In this document: positions 45,563-55,623 of the stretch, in pieces | Numbering within the stretch: the stretch's first letter is position 1 | Layout of the letters: every line of letters starts with the position of its first letter | DNA from: an uncultured delta proteobacterium | GTDB lineage: Bacteria > Myxococcota_A > Polyangia > Haliangiales > Haliangiaceae | DNA: 64,000 nucleotides | Direction: 5' to 3' | Assembly: GCA_963848295.1 (NCBI GenBank) | Contig: CAWKDB010000002.1 | Location: 320,001 to 384,000, forward strand | Position numbers and translations under genes: made by a program | The notes under the pieces: model-generated | What the model was told of the DNA's origin: nothing | The model's database searches: none | What the model saw: only the letters and a program-made list of their open reading frames with translations

Positions 45563-48184
45563 CTACTTCGGGCACTGCAGCGTCACCGTCCAGCCGTCGT
45601 GGAGATACACCTCGCGGACGGTGCCGCGATCGCCGCACTGTTGCGGTGTGCTGCCGAGCAAGCACATCGTGCGCTCGCCCGCGGGCGCGACGAGGGCGCC
45701 GCGCTTGCCACCGTCGACTTGGCCGAGCTCGGCGCCATCGACCCACACGTCGACGCTGTCCTTGCACTGCGTGTTATCGACGTAGAACGTCGCGTGCGGT
45801 GTGGCGCGCAGCGCGGTTGACTTCGGAATCGGCGGCGGCTTGTCCTCGACGATGACGTGGTAGCGCGCCGGGTCGGCGACCGCGGCGGCGAGCAATCGAT
45901 CCGTGCACCCCACGACGCGCAGCTCTGGCCCGAGCTCGCGCGACCACTCGGCGCGCAGCTCGCCGACATCGGCCAGCGCGAGTGCGAAGCTCTTCTTCGC
46001 CGCGGCCACCTGGGTGCGCGCGTTTGGCAGTAAGCCTGCGGTCAGCCCGAGCGCGTCGTGGCGCTCGACAAATCGGTAGTCCGCTTCGAGCTCGATGCCG
46101 AGCCGTTCGTAGCGAGCGAGCGCGGCCTGGGCGTTCGCCCACCAGCTCGCGATCGCGGTGACCGGGCAGCCGTTCAGCTTCACGCCGGTCGGCCTCGCCT
46201 CGGGTCCCTTGCCGAGCACCCCGAGGATCGACAAGACGTAGCCCTGGTACGCGGCGCGGACGATCGCCATCGTCGCGGCGATCTGATCGTAGCGATCGAG
46301 CGCACCCGCGATCGCATCGGCGTCGCCCCACGGTCGATCGGGTGGCGCCGGCAACACGAGGGTCAGCCTCGCCCCGGCATCGAGCGAGGCGAGTGCCGCA
46401 CGCGCGGCGCGATCGCCCGGAGAGCTCGCGAGCGCCGCCGCGAGCTCGGTTCGCGCGGTCGCCGGATCGCCCGACTGCGCGCGCGCGATGCCAGCCAGAT
46501 AGTGCAACCCGGCATCGCGCGGCCACGCCGCGAGCGCAGGTTCGAGCTGGGTCAGCGCGGCCGGAGCATCGCCGGCGGCGAGCTCGGCGGCCGCGAGCCA
46601 GCGCCGAGTCGCCAAGGTACGCGGCTCGATCTTCGCGGCTCGGGTCAGATGCGCGATCGCGTCCGCGGCGTGACCTTCGACGACGGCGAGCGCGCCGAGC
46701 TCGGCTTCCGCAGCCGCGGCATCGCGACTGTCCGGTGACCGGATGAGCTGTGCGTAGGCTCGCTCCGCCTCGGCGCGCTGGCCCGCGTCGAGCAGGGTCT
46801 GCGCCGCCGCGAACGCAGGCAGGCTCGAGGTCGGCGCGAGCGTGGCGGCGCGCGCGTACCAGGCCAGCGCCCCGGCGACATCACCGGTCTTGCGATGGCC
46901 ATCGCCGACCCGGATCGCGAGGGCGACATCGTTCGGCCGCGCGGCCGCGACGAGCTCGAGCGCCTTGGTCGCCTGGGGCCACTTGCCGAGCGCACCGTAG
47001 GCCGCGGCGAGGTCGGCCTTGATGTCGAGATCAGCGGGCGCCCGCACCGCGATCGCCTCGAGCTCGGCGACCAGCTTGCGGGTCTCACCGCGCGACGCGT
47101 GGATCAGCGCGAGCACGCGCCGCGCCGACAGCCGATCGGGCAACCGCTCCGTGACTTGCTCGAGCTGATGAGCCGCCGCGGCGGGCTCGCCGACCTGCCA
47201 GAGCGCGGCGCCGAGCTGCTCGCGCGCGTCGAGGTCCCACGGCCGGTGCGTGACGAGCTTGCTCGACAGATCGACCGCGAGCTGCCACTTGCCGGCGGCG
47301 CTCGCGACGGTCGCCGCCGCCCGCAGCGCGCGATCATCATCGGGCGCGAGATCGAGCGCGTAGTTGATCTTGCTCGCCGCCTGTTTCACGTCCCCCGTGC
47401 GCGCGAGGACTTCGCCGTAAAGGAGCTGCGCCTCGTACAGCGTCGGCGCGATGAACGTCGCGCGCTCGAGATCGTGCTGCGCGGCTTTCAGGTCGACCGA
47501 TCCGCCAAGCGCGCCCGTCAGCTCGCCGAGCCCGCGGCCCATCAGCTCGACCGGATACGCGTCGGGAGCGAGCACGCGATGCAGCCGCGCGATCCGGGTC
47601 GGGTCCGCCGCCAGCCCCGGCGCCAACCCCGCCGTCGCCCACACCTCGGTCATCACGTCGCCGAGCAAGGCGTCGAACCGCTTCGGATCGCCGGAGCGCT
47701 GCGCCTCGGCCGCGACCGTCGCGACCGGCTGCCCCGGCACCGCAACTTTCCATACGATGACGTCGAGCCGGATCTGGTCGCCGACGCGATCGAACCAGCC
47801 GGTCGCGACGAAGCTCGCGCCTCGCCGCTGCGCGAACGCGGCGACGGTGTCGCCCATCGCCGGCACGTGCTCCCCGGGCACGATCAGCGGTCCGCCGACG
47901 ACGTCGACGTCGACCACGCCCTGCGCCTTCTCGGCGAGCTCGAATGGCGCCCCGGCGACGAGCCAATCGAGGCCCTTGCCGCCGGCATGGTTCTCGAACG
48001 GCGTCACCGCGAGCACGGGCGGCCCGATCGCGAAGTCCGGCACCGCCGGCGCGGCCACGGCACGCGTCGCGCCGAGCACGCTCGCGAGCGCGATCGCGCT
48101 GCATGCCAACCCGCTGGCCCTGCGGCAGCCCCGACGGCCGCGCGCAGGCCCTGACCTTCGTTGCCGTACTCCGAGCGCGCCCAT
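45563..48184 (-). CDS. Exported multi-TPR protein; start uncertain
   Basis: Signal-like segment, LAVTPFEN N-terminal domain, many Ala-rich TPR-like helices and a C-terminal beta domain (VWVDG..LG). Confidence 0.75.
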   Translation of the reverse strand: MGALGVRQRRSGPARGRRGCRRASGLACSAIALASVLGATRAVAAPAVPDFAIGPPVLAVTPFENHAGGKGLDWLVAGAPFELAEKAQGVVDVDVVGGPLIVPGEHVPAMGDTVAAFAQRRGASFVATGWFDRVGDQIRLDVIVWKVAVPGQPVATVAAEAQRSGDPKRFDALLGDVMTEVWATAGLAPGLAADPTRIARLHRVLAPDAYPVELMGRGLGELTGALGGSVDLKAAQHDLERATFIAPTLYEAQLLYGEVLARTGDVKQAASKINYALDLAPDDDRALRAAATVASAAGKWQLAVDLSSKLVTHRPWDLDAREQLGAALWQVGEPAAAAHQLEQVTERLPDRLSARRVLALIHASRGETRKLVAELEAIAVRAPADLDIKADLAAAYGALGKWPQATKALELVAAARPNDVALAIRVGDGHRKTGDVAGALAWYARAATLAPTSSLPAFAAAQTLLDAGQRAEAERAYAQLIRSPDSRDAAAAEAELGALAVVEGHAADAIAHLTRAAKIEPRTLATRRWLAAAELAAGDAPAALTQLEPALAAWPRDAGLHYLAGIARAQSGDPATARTELAAALASSPGDRAARAALASLDAGARLTLVLPAPPDRPWGDADAIAGALDRYDQIAATMAIVRAAYQGYVLSILGVLGKGPEARPTGVKLNGCPVTAIASWWANAQAALARYERLGIELEADYRFVERHDALGLTAGLLPNARTQVAAAKKSFALALADVGELRAEWSRELGPELRVVGCTDRLLAAAVADPARYHVIVEDKPPPIPKSTALRATPHATFYVDNTQCKDSVDVWVDGAELGQVDGGKRGALVAPAGERTMCLLGSTPQQCGDRGTVREVYLHDGWTVTLQCPK

Positions 48185-48199
48185 ACACTCGATCATATA

Positions 48200-50662
48200 G
48201 TGCAGCCTGACGAAACCGCCCGTAGTCGCGGGCCCGACCGTCGCAAGCGCGTCCGCCGACGCCGCCGCCTGTCGATCTTGCGCTTGCTCGCGTTGCTGCT
48301 GATCTACGGGCTCTCGCTCGGCGCGGCCGCCTTGTACTTCGTGATCCAGACGGTCAACCGCGATCTGCCGCAAGACCTCACCCAGTTGCTCGACTACCAG
48401 CCGAGCCGCAAGAGCGTCGTGCTGTCGTCGGACGGCGTCGAGATCGGCTCGTTCTCGATCGAGAACCGGCGGATCGTCTCGCTCGATCGCATGCCGGCGC
48501 ACGTGCCCGAAGCGTTCGTCGCCGCCGAGGATCGCCGGTTCTTCAAGCACGGCGGCTTCGATCCGATCGGCATCGTGCGCGCGGCGATCAAGAACTACCG
48601 CGCGTCGCGGACGAAGCAAGGTGGTTCGACGCTGACCCAGCAGATCATCAAGCAGACGGTGCTCGCCGACGAGCAGTCCGACCTCAAGGATCTCGGGCTG
48701 TCGAAAGACGACCGCGAAGCCGAGGTCAAGCGCCAGCGTTACTGGCGCAAGCTTCGCGAGGTCGTGCTCGCGGTCCGACTCGAGCGCGAGCTGTCGAAGC
48801 AGGACATCCTCTCGATCTACTTGAACCACGTCTACCTCGGTCACGGCGCGTACGGCGTCGCCGCGGCGGCGGAGACCTATTTCGGCAAGGACGTCGAGAA
48901 CCTCACGATCGGCGAGGCCGCGTTGCTCGCCGGCCTCGTGTCGTCGCCAGCGGCGCACGATCCGCATCACGACCTCAAGGCCGCGCGCGAGCGCCAGCGC
49001 TACGTGCTCGGTCAGATGCTCGCCGAAAAGTACATCTCGAAGGATCAGCTCGACGCCGCGCTCGCCGAGCCGATCACGCTCGTCGACGACACCGATCGCA
49101 ACCAGTTCGCGGCGCCGTACTTCGTCGAGCATATCCGCCAGCTCGCCACCGCCGCCTATGGCGAGTACGAGCTGTTTCGCGGCGGCCTGCAGTTTCACTC
49201 GACGCTCGACTCGCGGATGCAAGCGGCGGCCGAGGGTGCGCTGCGCCACGGCCTCGAGACGATCGATCGCGCGCTCGGCTTTCGCGGCCGGATCGGCACC
49301 GTCGCCACCGCCGATCGCGCGACCTGGACGGGCGGCCCGGCGCACGCACTTGCCGGCCCGAACGACAACGAGCCGCGGCTCGCCGATAACCTCCTGACCG
49401 AGCAGCGCTACGCCGCGATGGTGACCGCGCTGCCGCGCACCGGCGCCGGCGTCGTGGTCGACCTCGGTCCGGCCAAGCTGCCGCTGATCGCGGGCGACGC
49501 GCGCGATGTGCGAGCGTGGCGCGGTAAGGCCGGCGAAACGATCGCGGTCGGCGACTTGCTGCCGGTGCGGCTCACCGCCGACCGCAAAGCCGCGACGATC
49601 GCGCAACGACCGGCGCTGCAGGGCGCGATGGTCGTGATGCAACCGACGACCGGCCGCGTACTCGCGCTCGTCGGTGGCTACGACTGGACGAGCTCGAAGT
49701 TCGACCGCGCGACCCAGGCGAAGCGCCAGGTCGGCTCGTCGATCAAGCCGTTCGTCTATTCGGCCGCGCTCGAGTCGGGCAAGACCCCGGTCGATCATCT
49801 GCGCGACGGTCCGTTCTCGGTCCAGACCGCGACCGGAACGTGGACGCCCGCGAACTACGGCAACCAGTACTTCGGCGACGTCACCCTGATGACCGCGCTC
49901 GCGTTCTCGCTCAACACGATCAGCGTGCAGCTCGCGGTCCACGTCGGCCTCGATCGCATCATCGAGATCATGCGCGGCTACGGGATCACCTCGCCGATCC
50001 CGCGCCATATCTCGATCAGCCTCGGCACGCCCGATCTCACGTTGCTCGAGGTCGCCACCGCGTACGCCGGCATCGCCTCCGGTGGCAAGCACATCACCGC
50101 GCGGTTCTACGATGCGGTCACCGACAGCAGAGGCCGGATCATCTCCGACGGGCAGCCAGCGCCTACCCCGCAGGTCGTGTCACCCGAAGTCGATTACGTG
50201 ATGGTGAACCTCATGAAGGGGGTCGTGAACCGCGGCACGGCTCACGGCGCGGCCAAGCTCGGCCGACCGGTCGCGGGCAAGACCGGCACCTCGGCGAACT
50301 TCAAAGACGCCTGGTTCAACGGCTTCACGACCGACTTGCTGTGCTCGGTGTGGATCGGCCGCGATGATTCGAAGCCGATCGGCAACGGGATCACCGGCGG
50401 CGGCGCCGCGGTTCCGATCTGGCTCGACTTCATGCAGAAAGCGCATCCGGCGACCCCGGTCCGCGACTTCGCGCCGCCGCCAAACGTGATCTTTGCACGC
50501 GTCGAACCGTGGAGCGGATCGCCGGCGGGCCCGGGCCCGGGCGCGGTCTGGATGCCGTTCGTGCGCGGCACTCTGCCCCCGGCGTTCGTCGGCGCGGCGC
50601 CGATCCGATCGTTCGACGAGCTCGTACCCGCCGCAGCCGTGCCGCCTGTAACGTCGCCGTGA
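48200..50662 (+). CDS. mrcA: Class A penicillin-binding protein 1A
   Basis: TM anchor; transglycosylase EDRRF..HGG.D, QGGSTLTQQ, RKLRE; transpeptidase SSIK, SLN and KTGT. Confidence 0.93.
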   Translation: MQPDETARSRGPDRRKRVRRRRRLSILRLLALLLIYGLSLGAAALYFVIQTVNRDLPQDLTQLLDYQPSRKSVVLSSDGVEIGSFSIENRRIVSLDRMPAHVPEAFVAAEDRRFFKHGGFDPIGIVRAAIKNYRASRTKQGGSTLTQQIIKQTVLADEQSDLKDLGLSKDDREAEVKRQRYWRKLREVVLAVRLERELSKQDILSIYLNHVYLGHGAYGVAAAAETYFGKDVENLTIGEAALLAGLVSSPAAHDPHHDLKAARERQRYVLGQMLAEKYISKDQLDAALAEPITLVDDTDRNQFAAPYFVEHIRQLATAAYGEYELFRGGLQFHSTLDSRMQAAAEGALRHGLETIDRALGFRGRIGTVATADRATWTGGPAHALAGPNDNEPRLADNLLTEQRYAAMVTALPRTGAGVVVDLGPAKLPLIAGDARDVRAWRGKAGETIAVGDLLPVRLTADRKAATIAQRPALQGAMVVMQPTTGRVLALVGGYDWTSSKFDRATQAKRQVGSSIKPFVYSAALESGKTPVDHLRDGPFSVQTATGTWTPANYGNQYFGDVTLMTALAFSLNTISVQLAVHVGLDRIIEIMRGYGITSPIPRHISISLGTPDLTLLEVATAYAGIASGGKHITARFYDAVTDSRGRIISDGQPAPTPQVVSPEVDYVMVNLMKGVVNRGTAHGAAKLGRPVAGKTGTSANFKDAWFNGFTTDLLCSVWIGRDDSKPIGNGITGGGAAVPIWLDFMQKAHPATPVRDFAPPPNVIFARVEPWSGSPAGPGPGAVWMPFVRGTLPPAFVGAAPIRSFDELVPAAAVPPVTSP

Positions 50663-50688
50663 TGTCGCTCGTGCTAGGTTCGCAGCCG

Positions 50689-51252
50689 ATGTCACGCGCG
50701 GTCGTAGTCGCGAGCCTCATCGTCGGTTCGCTCGGCGGATGCCGGGTCAGCCTCGACCCGAGCGGAAAACAAGCGCCGACTTGTGTCGTCGATCCGCCGC
50801 CGCAGGTGTGCGTCGACGCCGAGAGCCACGACGACTTCACGTGGATCGAGACGAACATCTTCGACAAGCAGTGCGCGCAGAGCGACTGCCACGATGGCGG
50901 TGCGAGCAAGCAAGGCGCGATCAACCTGCACGCCGACCCGGCGCTGAACGCGGCGGGCGCCTATTCCCACTTGCTCGGCGCTGACGGCAACGGCGTCGCG
51001 TCGGTGCTCGCGCCGGATCGCAAGCTCGTCGTACCGAGCCAGCCCGACGAGAGCTACTTGCTGGTCATGCTCGGCGAGGTCGACTACAAGGACGCGATCC
51101 CCGCCGACGACGCACCCGCCGACATCAGCGCCTCTCCCGACCACGCCGCCGAGGGCACCGGCTATATGCCGATGTCTCAGGCGACGCTGATCTGCTGCCA
51201 GAAGCTCGACGCGATCCAGCGCTGGATCACGGCCGGCGCGTTGAACGACTGA
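50689..51252 (+). CDS. Putative lipoprotein with a CX4CH heme-c-like motif
   Basis: LGGC lipobox; CAQSDCH; V.P..PDESYL; YMP; I.RWI.AGA. TAGGTT lies 8 nt before ATG 50689. Confidence 0.65.
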   Translation: MSRAVVVASLIVGSLGGCRVSLDPSGKQAPTCVVDPPPQVCVDAESHDDFTWIETNIFDKQCAQSDCHDGGASKQGAINLHADPALNAAGAYSHLLGADGNGVASVLAPDRKLVVPSQPDESYLLVMLGEVDYKDAIPADDAPADISASPDHAAEGTGYMPMSQATLICCQKLDAIQRWITAGALND

Positions 51253-51399
51253 ACGAGTGAGCGCCTCACTCACGGCGCGGTCGGCCGCGTCAGAGCGATC
51301 GCCGGGACGTGCGCCCGGCCGGCAGCACTGCCGAATGGCAGTGCGGGTAGATCACTTGCCCGAGAATCGGTGTTTTTGCCTTTCTGGCCAGCGGTTTGC

Positions 51400-51429
51400 T
51401 TGACGCACCAAGCGCTGCCTCGATACAAC
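51400..51429 (+). promoter_or_regulatory. Possible sigma70-type promoter of the motA/exbD operon
   Basis: TTGACG-N18-TACAAC; GGAGG Shine-Dalgarno before ATG 51480. Confidence 0.4.
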
Positions 51430-51479
51430 ATCTGACAAGCAGCGTGGGGGGTACCTCCCGGCGCGCGGAGGCAGAACCG

Positions 51480-52148
51480 ATGGACTGGCTAAGCGACGTA
51501 TTCAAGAAGGGCGGGCCGTTCTTCATCGTCAACACGTTCTTCCTGGCCATCGTAATTGGCCTGATCGTGGAGCGTTCGATCTACTTCCTCGGCCGCGGCC
51601 ACCTCAACGCGAAGGCGTTCCTCGAGCAGCTGCGCAAGCTGCTGTCGGCGAACAACGTCGACCGCGCGAAGAAGCTGTGTGACGCGACGAGTGCGCCAGT
51701 AGCGCGCGTCGCGAAGGCCGGGCTCAACCGCCTGCACCGCGGCGAGGCGGCGGTCGCTCAAGCGATGGAAGAGACGATGACCGACACGCTGCCCGAGGTG
51801 AAGACTCGAATCGGTGCGCTGTGGTCGCTCGCTAACATCACCACGCTGATCGGTCTCCTCGGCACCATCACCGGCTTGATCCGGACCTTCCACGCGATCG
51901 GCAAGCTGTCGCCGGCCGAACAGAAGGACGAGCTATCGAGAGGTATCTCGGAAGCGATGTACAACACCGCGTTCGGTCTCTCGATCGCCCTGTTGTGCAT
52001 GCTCGGCCACCTGCTGCTGTCGGCACAGATGAAGAAGGTCGTCTCGGATCTCGAAGCGTTCAGCTTGCGATTCGAGAACCTCCTGTCCGATGGTGGAGCT
52101 GCGGCCGCGAGCCGCGCCCCAGCCGCTCCCACCGAGGATCTCGAGTAA
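51480..52148 (+). CDS. MotA/TolQ/ExbB proton channel subunit (AglR-like)
   Basis: IVER, LIGLLGTITGLI..F and GISEAMYNTAFGL. Confidence 0.9.
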   Translation: MDWLSDVFKKGGPFFIVNTFFLAIVIGLIVERSIYFLGRGHLNAKAFLEQLRKLLSANNVDRAKKLCDATSAPVARVAKAGLNRLHRGEAAVAQAMEETMTDTLPEVKTRIGALWSLANITTLIGLLGTITGLIRTFHAIGKLSPAEQKDELSRGISEAMYNTAFGLSIALLCMLGHLLLSAQMKKVVSDLEAFSLRFENLLSDGGAAAASRAPAAPTEDLE

Positions 52149-52160
52149 AGCTGCTCGGCG

Positions 52161-52979
52161 ATGCAGCTGAGCGCACAGCAAGTCAGGTCGAAGACGCGCA
52201 ACGCCGTCCGGCGGCGCGAAGATCAAGTCGAGGACGAGGAGACGCAGAGCGGCGAGCTCAACCTCATCCCCTATCTCGACATGGTCACGAACCTCATGCT
52301 GTTCCTGCTGTTCTCGATCTCGGCGGGCATCGTGTTCACGCAGATCGACACGACGTTGCCGGACAAGGCGCCGCCGAATGCCACGGTGACGCAAGCGACC
52401 GATAACCCGGACGACAAGCCGCTCGGCCTCTTCGTCTCGATCACCACCGACCGCGTCCTTATCTGGTCGGTGTCCGGGCTCGAAGGCACGCTGAGCGCGC
52501 CGAAGCTGCAGCTCAACCGCACCGGCCACGACGGCGATCGTTGCGATGGCAACTACATGTGCGAGAACAACACGTGCGACGGCGATAGTCAGAGGTGCGT
52601 GGCGAGTCGCGAGCACCCGGCTCCAGCGCCGCAGCCGGTGTTCGATTACCGCGCGATCAACAAGACGCTGCACGACATCGCGAAGGCTAACTACAACGGC
52701 AAGCTGCGCAAGGCGAACACGTACGCGATCACGCTCCAGGCGTCGGACAAAGTGCCGTACGGTACGATCACCTCGGTGATGGCGGCGATGCGCTGCCCGA
52801 TGCCGGACTTCGGCAAAGAGGTCAAGGGCTGTCTGCTACCCGCCGACAACAAACAGATCAAAGCCGCGAAGAACCCGATCGACAAGGACAACTTCGCCTA
52901 CGACACGAATCGCGCTCCGTACGACGCCGACACGATGGCGCTGTTCAGCAACATCGGCTTCTCGTCGGGGTTCGAGTGA
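52161..52979 (+). CDS. ExbD/TolR family subunit with a Cys-rich insert
   Basis: ELNLIPYLDMVTNL (conserved Asp); VPYGTITSVM; insert CDGNYMCENNTCDGDSQRC. Confidence 0.85.
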   Translation: MQLSAQQVRSKTRNAVRRREDQVEDEETQSGELNLIPYLDMVTNLMLFLLFSISAGIVFTQIDTTLPDKAPPNATVTQATDNPDDKPLGLFVSITTDRVLIWSVSGLEGTLSAPKLQLNRTGHDGDRCDGNYMCENNTCDGDSQRCVASREHPAPAPQPVFDYRAINKTLHDIAKANYNGKLRKANTYAITLQASDKVPYGTITSVMAAMRCPMPDFGKEVKGCLLPADNKQIKAAKNPIDKDNFAYDTNRAPYDADTMALFSNIGFSSGFE

Positions 52980-52983
52980 GCTG

Positions 52984-53565
52984 ATGGCGTTCACGCAGCG
53001 CGAAGCGCGCACCATCATCCGCAAAGCGGTCAACCGCGTCCCCGAGGGCGAGTCGATCCGCCACCTCAACATCATGCCCATGATGGACATGATGACGATC
53101 CTGCTCGTCGCCTTCATCTTCCAGATGGCGACGAGCGCGCTCGAGCTCACCGCGGGGACCGTCACGTTGCCCTCGACCGCGGTCGATTCGATCGTCGCCG
53201 AGAAGACGTGGATCCTCGTCATCACGCCGGTCGGCATCGTGATCGAAGGCGGCAATCAGGCGGCGCAGATCGTCTCGGTCCACGACGGCGATGTCGACGC
53301 GAGCGAGAAAGAAGGCGGCCAGCTCGGGCTCAAGATCACGCGGCTGACCCAGTTCCTGGCGTCGCTCCATCAGCAGGAAGCGGCGGCGGCGCTCCGCGAG
53401 GGCGGCGACCCCAACGCCCCGCAGGAGATGCTGGTCATCGCGGATCGCACGATCCCGTACCGGCTGCTGGTCGAGGTGATGTACTCCGCAAACCGAAAAG
53501 AAGCCGGGTACAACCATTTTCGGCTGATCGTCCAGAAGAGCTTCCCCGCTAGACCCAACAGGTAG
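52984..53565 (+). CDS. ExbD/TolR family subunit
   Basis: LNIMPMMDMMTILLV and IADRTIPYRLLVEVMYSA. Confidence 0.88.
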   Translation: MAFTQREARTIIRKAVNRVPEGESIRHLNIMPMMDMMTILLVAFIFQMATSALELTAGTVTLPSTAVDSIVAEKTWILVITPVGIVIEGGNQAAQIVSVHDGDVDASEKEGGQLGLKITRLTQFLASLHQQEAAAALREGGDPNAPQEMLVIADRTIPYRLLVEVMYSANRKEAGYNHFRLIVQKSFPARPNR

Positions 53566-53615
53566 TCCCGAGCTCGGGGCTAGCCTGGGGCTGCGGCTGC
53601 GCTATAGTCGTAGGC

Positions 53616-54308
53616 ATGAAGCTCGTAGGCGAACGCAGAGCCTTTGCCGCCGCGGTGTTCGCATTCTTCGGCGTCCTCTACCTGATCCAGGCGCTACTCG
53701 GGGACGGCTCGACCGCGCGCGTGATGTGGGCGATCGCCGGCTGCTATGGACTGGCGTTCTTCTCGCTCGTCGCCGGCTATTTCTGGGCGCGCTGGTTCTC
53801 GGTTGGTCTCGGCTTGTTCGGCGTGCTCGTCGCAGCCGCCGGGGTCTATCAGATGGGCCCCGAACCGATGGTGCTGATCATCGGCGGCCTTCACCTCGGC
53901 GCGACGCTGAGCCTGTGGGGATCGACGATGGCAGGCAGCTACGACGGCCAGACCGCGTGGCGCGAGCGTTACCACATGGACGACAGCGCGGTGCAGCGGC
54001 TCGGCCGTTCGGTGATTCGCGCGGGTGTCTCGCTCCCGATGGTGCTGATCTATGCGTTCGCTCCGAAGCCGGGCAGCGCGGTGCTCGGCTTCGCGGCATT
54101 CGGCCTCGTCGCGCTCGGCTTGCGCGCCACGGTCAAGCTCAGGACCTGGGGCGTCGTCGCGCTCGGCGCGGCCGGCGCGCTGATGGTGATGCTCGCCGGA
54201 ATCGACGCCTCGGCCGGCGGCGACATCCTCGTGCCGTCGCTCGCCGGTGGGTTGCTGATCTCCGCGACCGTGCCGTTCGTTCGTCCGATGCTCCGCTCGC
54301 TCGTTTGA
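53616..54308 (+). CDS. Integral membrane protein
   Basis: About seven hydrophobic segments; TATAGT 7 nt before ATG. Confidence 0.75.
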   Translation: MKLVGERRAFAAAVFAFFGVLYLIQALLGDGSTARVMWAIAGCYGLAFFSLVAGYFWARWFSVGLGLFGVLVAAAGVYQMGPEPMVLIIGGLHLGATLSLWGSTMAGSYDGQTAWRERYHMDDSAVQRLGRSVIRAGVSLPMVLIYAFAPKPGSAVLGFAAFGLVALGLRATVKLRTWGVVALGAAGALMVMLAGIDASAGGDILVPSLAGGLLISATVPFVRPMLRSLV

Positions 54309-54339
54309 TCGCGGGCGCAGAGCGCGCTACCGTCGAGCA

Positions 54340-54909
54340 ATGGCGACGACTTTGCGGCTAGCCGTGCTCGGTCTCGCGCTAGCGTGCTTCGGCACGATGG
54401 GCTGTCAGCCGCTCTATGGCGCGAAGCCCGAGAGACTGCGGAACCCGGAGAGGAAGCGCAGGCCGCCCGAGGCCGAGACCAAGGCGCCGGAGATCAAGTA
54501 CGTCGAGGAGTGCCAGGCAGACTTCCGAGAGGATCCGAAGAGGATGCGGATCGTGGCGCAACCGACCGTCGCGCGCCAGCTCATCCAGGTCGGAGATGAC
54601 GCGATGGCGGGCGCAGAAAAGGCGAAGGACGACAACGCCAAGGTCGGCTTGTGGAAAGAGGCGATCAGCAAGTACATCAACGCGCTGGTCAAGGACCCGT
54701 ACAACGTCGATGCGACGCTCGACCTCGCGCGCGCCTACGACCGCTTTCTACGCAAGGGCTGTGCGATCGCGATGTTGAAGCGACTCGCGACGATCTCGAT
54801 GTATCCGAAGCTCTCGACCGACGCGAACCACGCGATCGACTCGATCGGCGACAATGCCGGTTGGTTCAAGGGCTATCGCAAAGACGCGATCGCCGCGGTT
54901 GGACGCTAG
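54340..54909 (+). CDS. Lipoprotein with a TPR-like helix pair (paralog 1)
   Basis: TMGC lipobox; AL.KDPYNV.AT..LA.AY....RK.C.I..L.RL shared with the next gene. Confidence 0.7.
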   Translation: MATTLRLAVLGLALACFGTMGCQPLYGAKPERLRNPERKRRPPEAETKAPEIKYVEECQADFREDPKRMRIVAQPTVARQLIQVGDDAMAGAEKAKDDNAKVGLWKEAISKYINALVKDPYNVDATLDLARAYDRFLRKGCAIAMLKRLATISMYPKLSTDANHAIDSIGDNAGWFKGYRKDAIAAVGR

Positions 54910-54911
54910 CG

Positions 54912-55532
54912 ATGCGCCGCGCCCTGCTCGCGCTCTTGCTCTCGGTCGGCTGTCACGCTCAGGGCGAGATCACGGCGCCACCGCCACCGCTTCGCCCTGA
55001 AGCCGAGGCGCCACCCGAGACCGAGAAGAAGGTCGCGAAGGACTGCGAGCCCACCGATCCGTCAGAGGAGCTCAAGCCACTGCCGTTCGATCAGCGCTCG
55101 ATTCCAGAGGGCATCAACATCACGAACGGCGGGATCGCCGATCTCAAGCTCGCCAACAGTCACGAGGTCGATCGCGCGACCAAAGAAGACAAGATGGTCC
55201 AGGCGGTGACCGAGCTCAAGACCGCGCTCAAGGCGGATCCGTACAACATCCAGGCGACGTACGAGCTCGCCGCGGCCTACGCGCAGATCGGGCGCAAGCA
55301 GTGCTCGATCAATCTGCTCACTCGCCTGCTGCAGATGACGCAGCATCCGTTCAAGCACGCCGAGGTCGAAGCCGAGATCGATCGGTTGCTCGGCCGGCAC
55401 CAGCAACTCGATCCGGACTTCGCGTCGCTGCGCGGCGATGACCGGTTTCGCGTGTTGATCGAGAAGATGTGCGCCGGCACGAACGACCCCAACTGCGTGT
55501 ACGGCGGACAGAAGTCCGGCCGCGAGCGATAG
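54912..55532 (+). CDS. Lipoprotein with a TPR-like helix pair (paralog 2)
   Basis: SVGC lipobox; ALKADPYNIQATYELAAAY...GRKQCSINLL.RL; DPDFASLR.D.RF. Confidence 0.7.
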   Translation: MRRALLALLLSVGCHAQGEITAPPPPLRPEAEAPPETEKKVAKDCEPTDPSEELKPLPFDQRSIPEGINITNGGIADLKLANSHEVDRATKEDKMVQAVTELKTALKADPYNIQATYELAAAYAQIGRKQCSINLLTRLLQMTQHPFKHAEVEAEIDRLLGRHQQLDPDFASLRGDDRFRVLIEKMCAGTNDPNCVYGGQKSGRER

Positions 55533-55623
55533 GCCCCCAGCGCGACACCGGCGCTACGCCGACGCCGCAGGCCCCGGCTAGCCTGTCGCCGCTGATCAAT
55601 TGATCAATTTCGCCGTCCGACGT

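Noticed and set aside
45563..50092. 1509-aa single protein
   Set aside because: The first ~630 codons are antisense to PBP1A; the TPR protein begins near 48184 or later.
51255..51271. GAGTGAG-CGC-CTCACTC hairpin as an intrinsic terminator
   Set aside because: Short stem with no U-tract; too weak to call.
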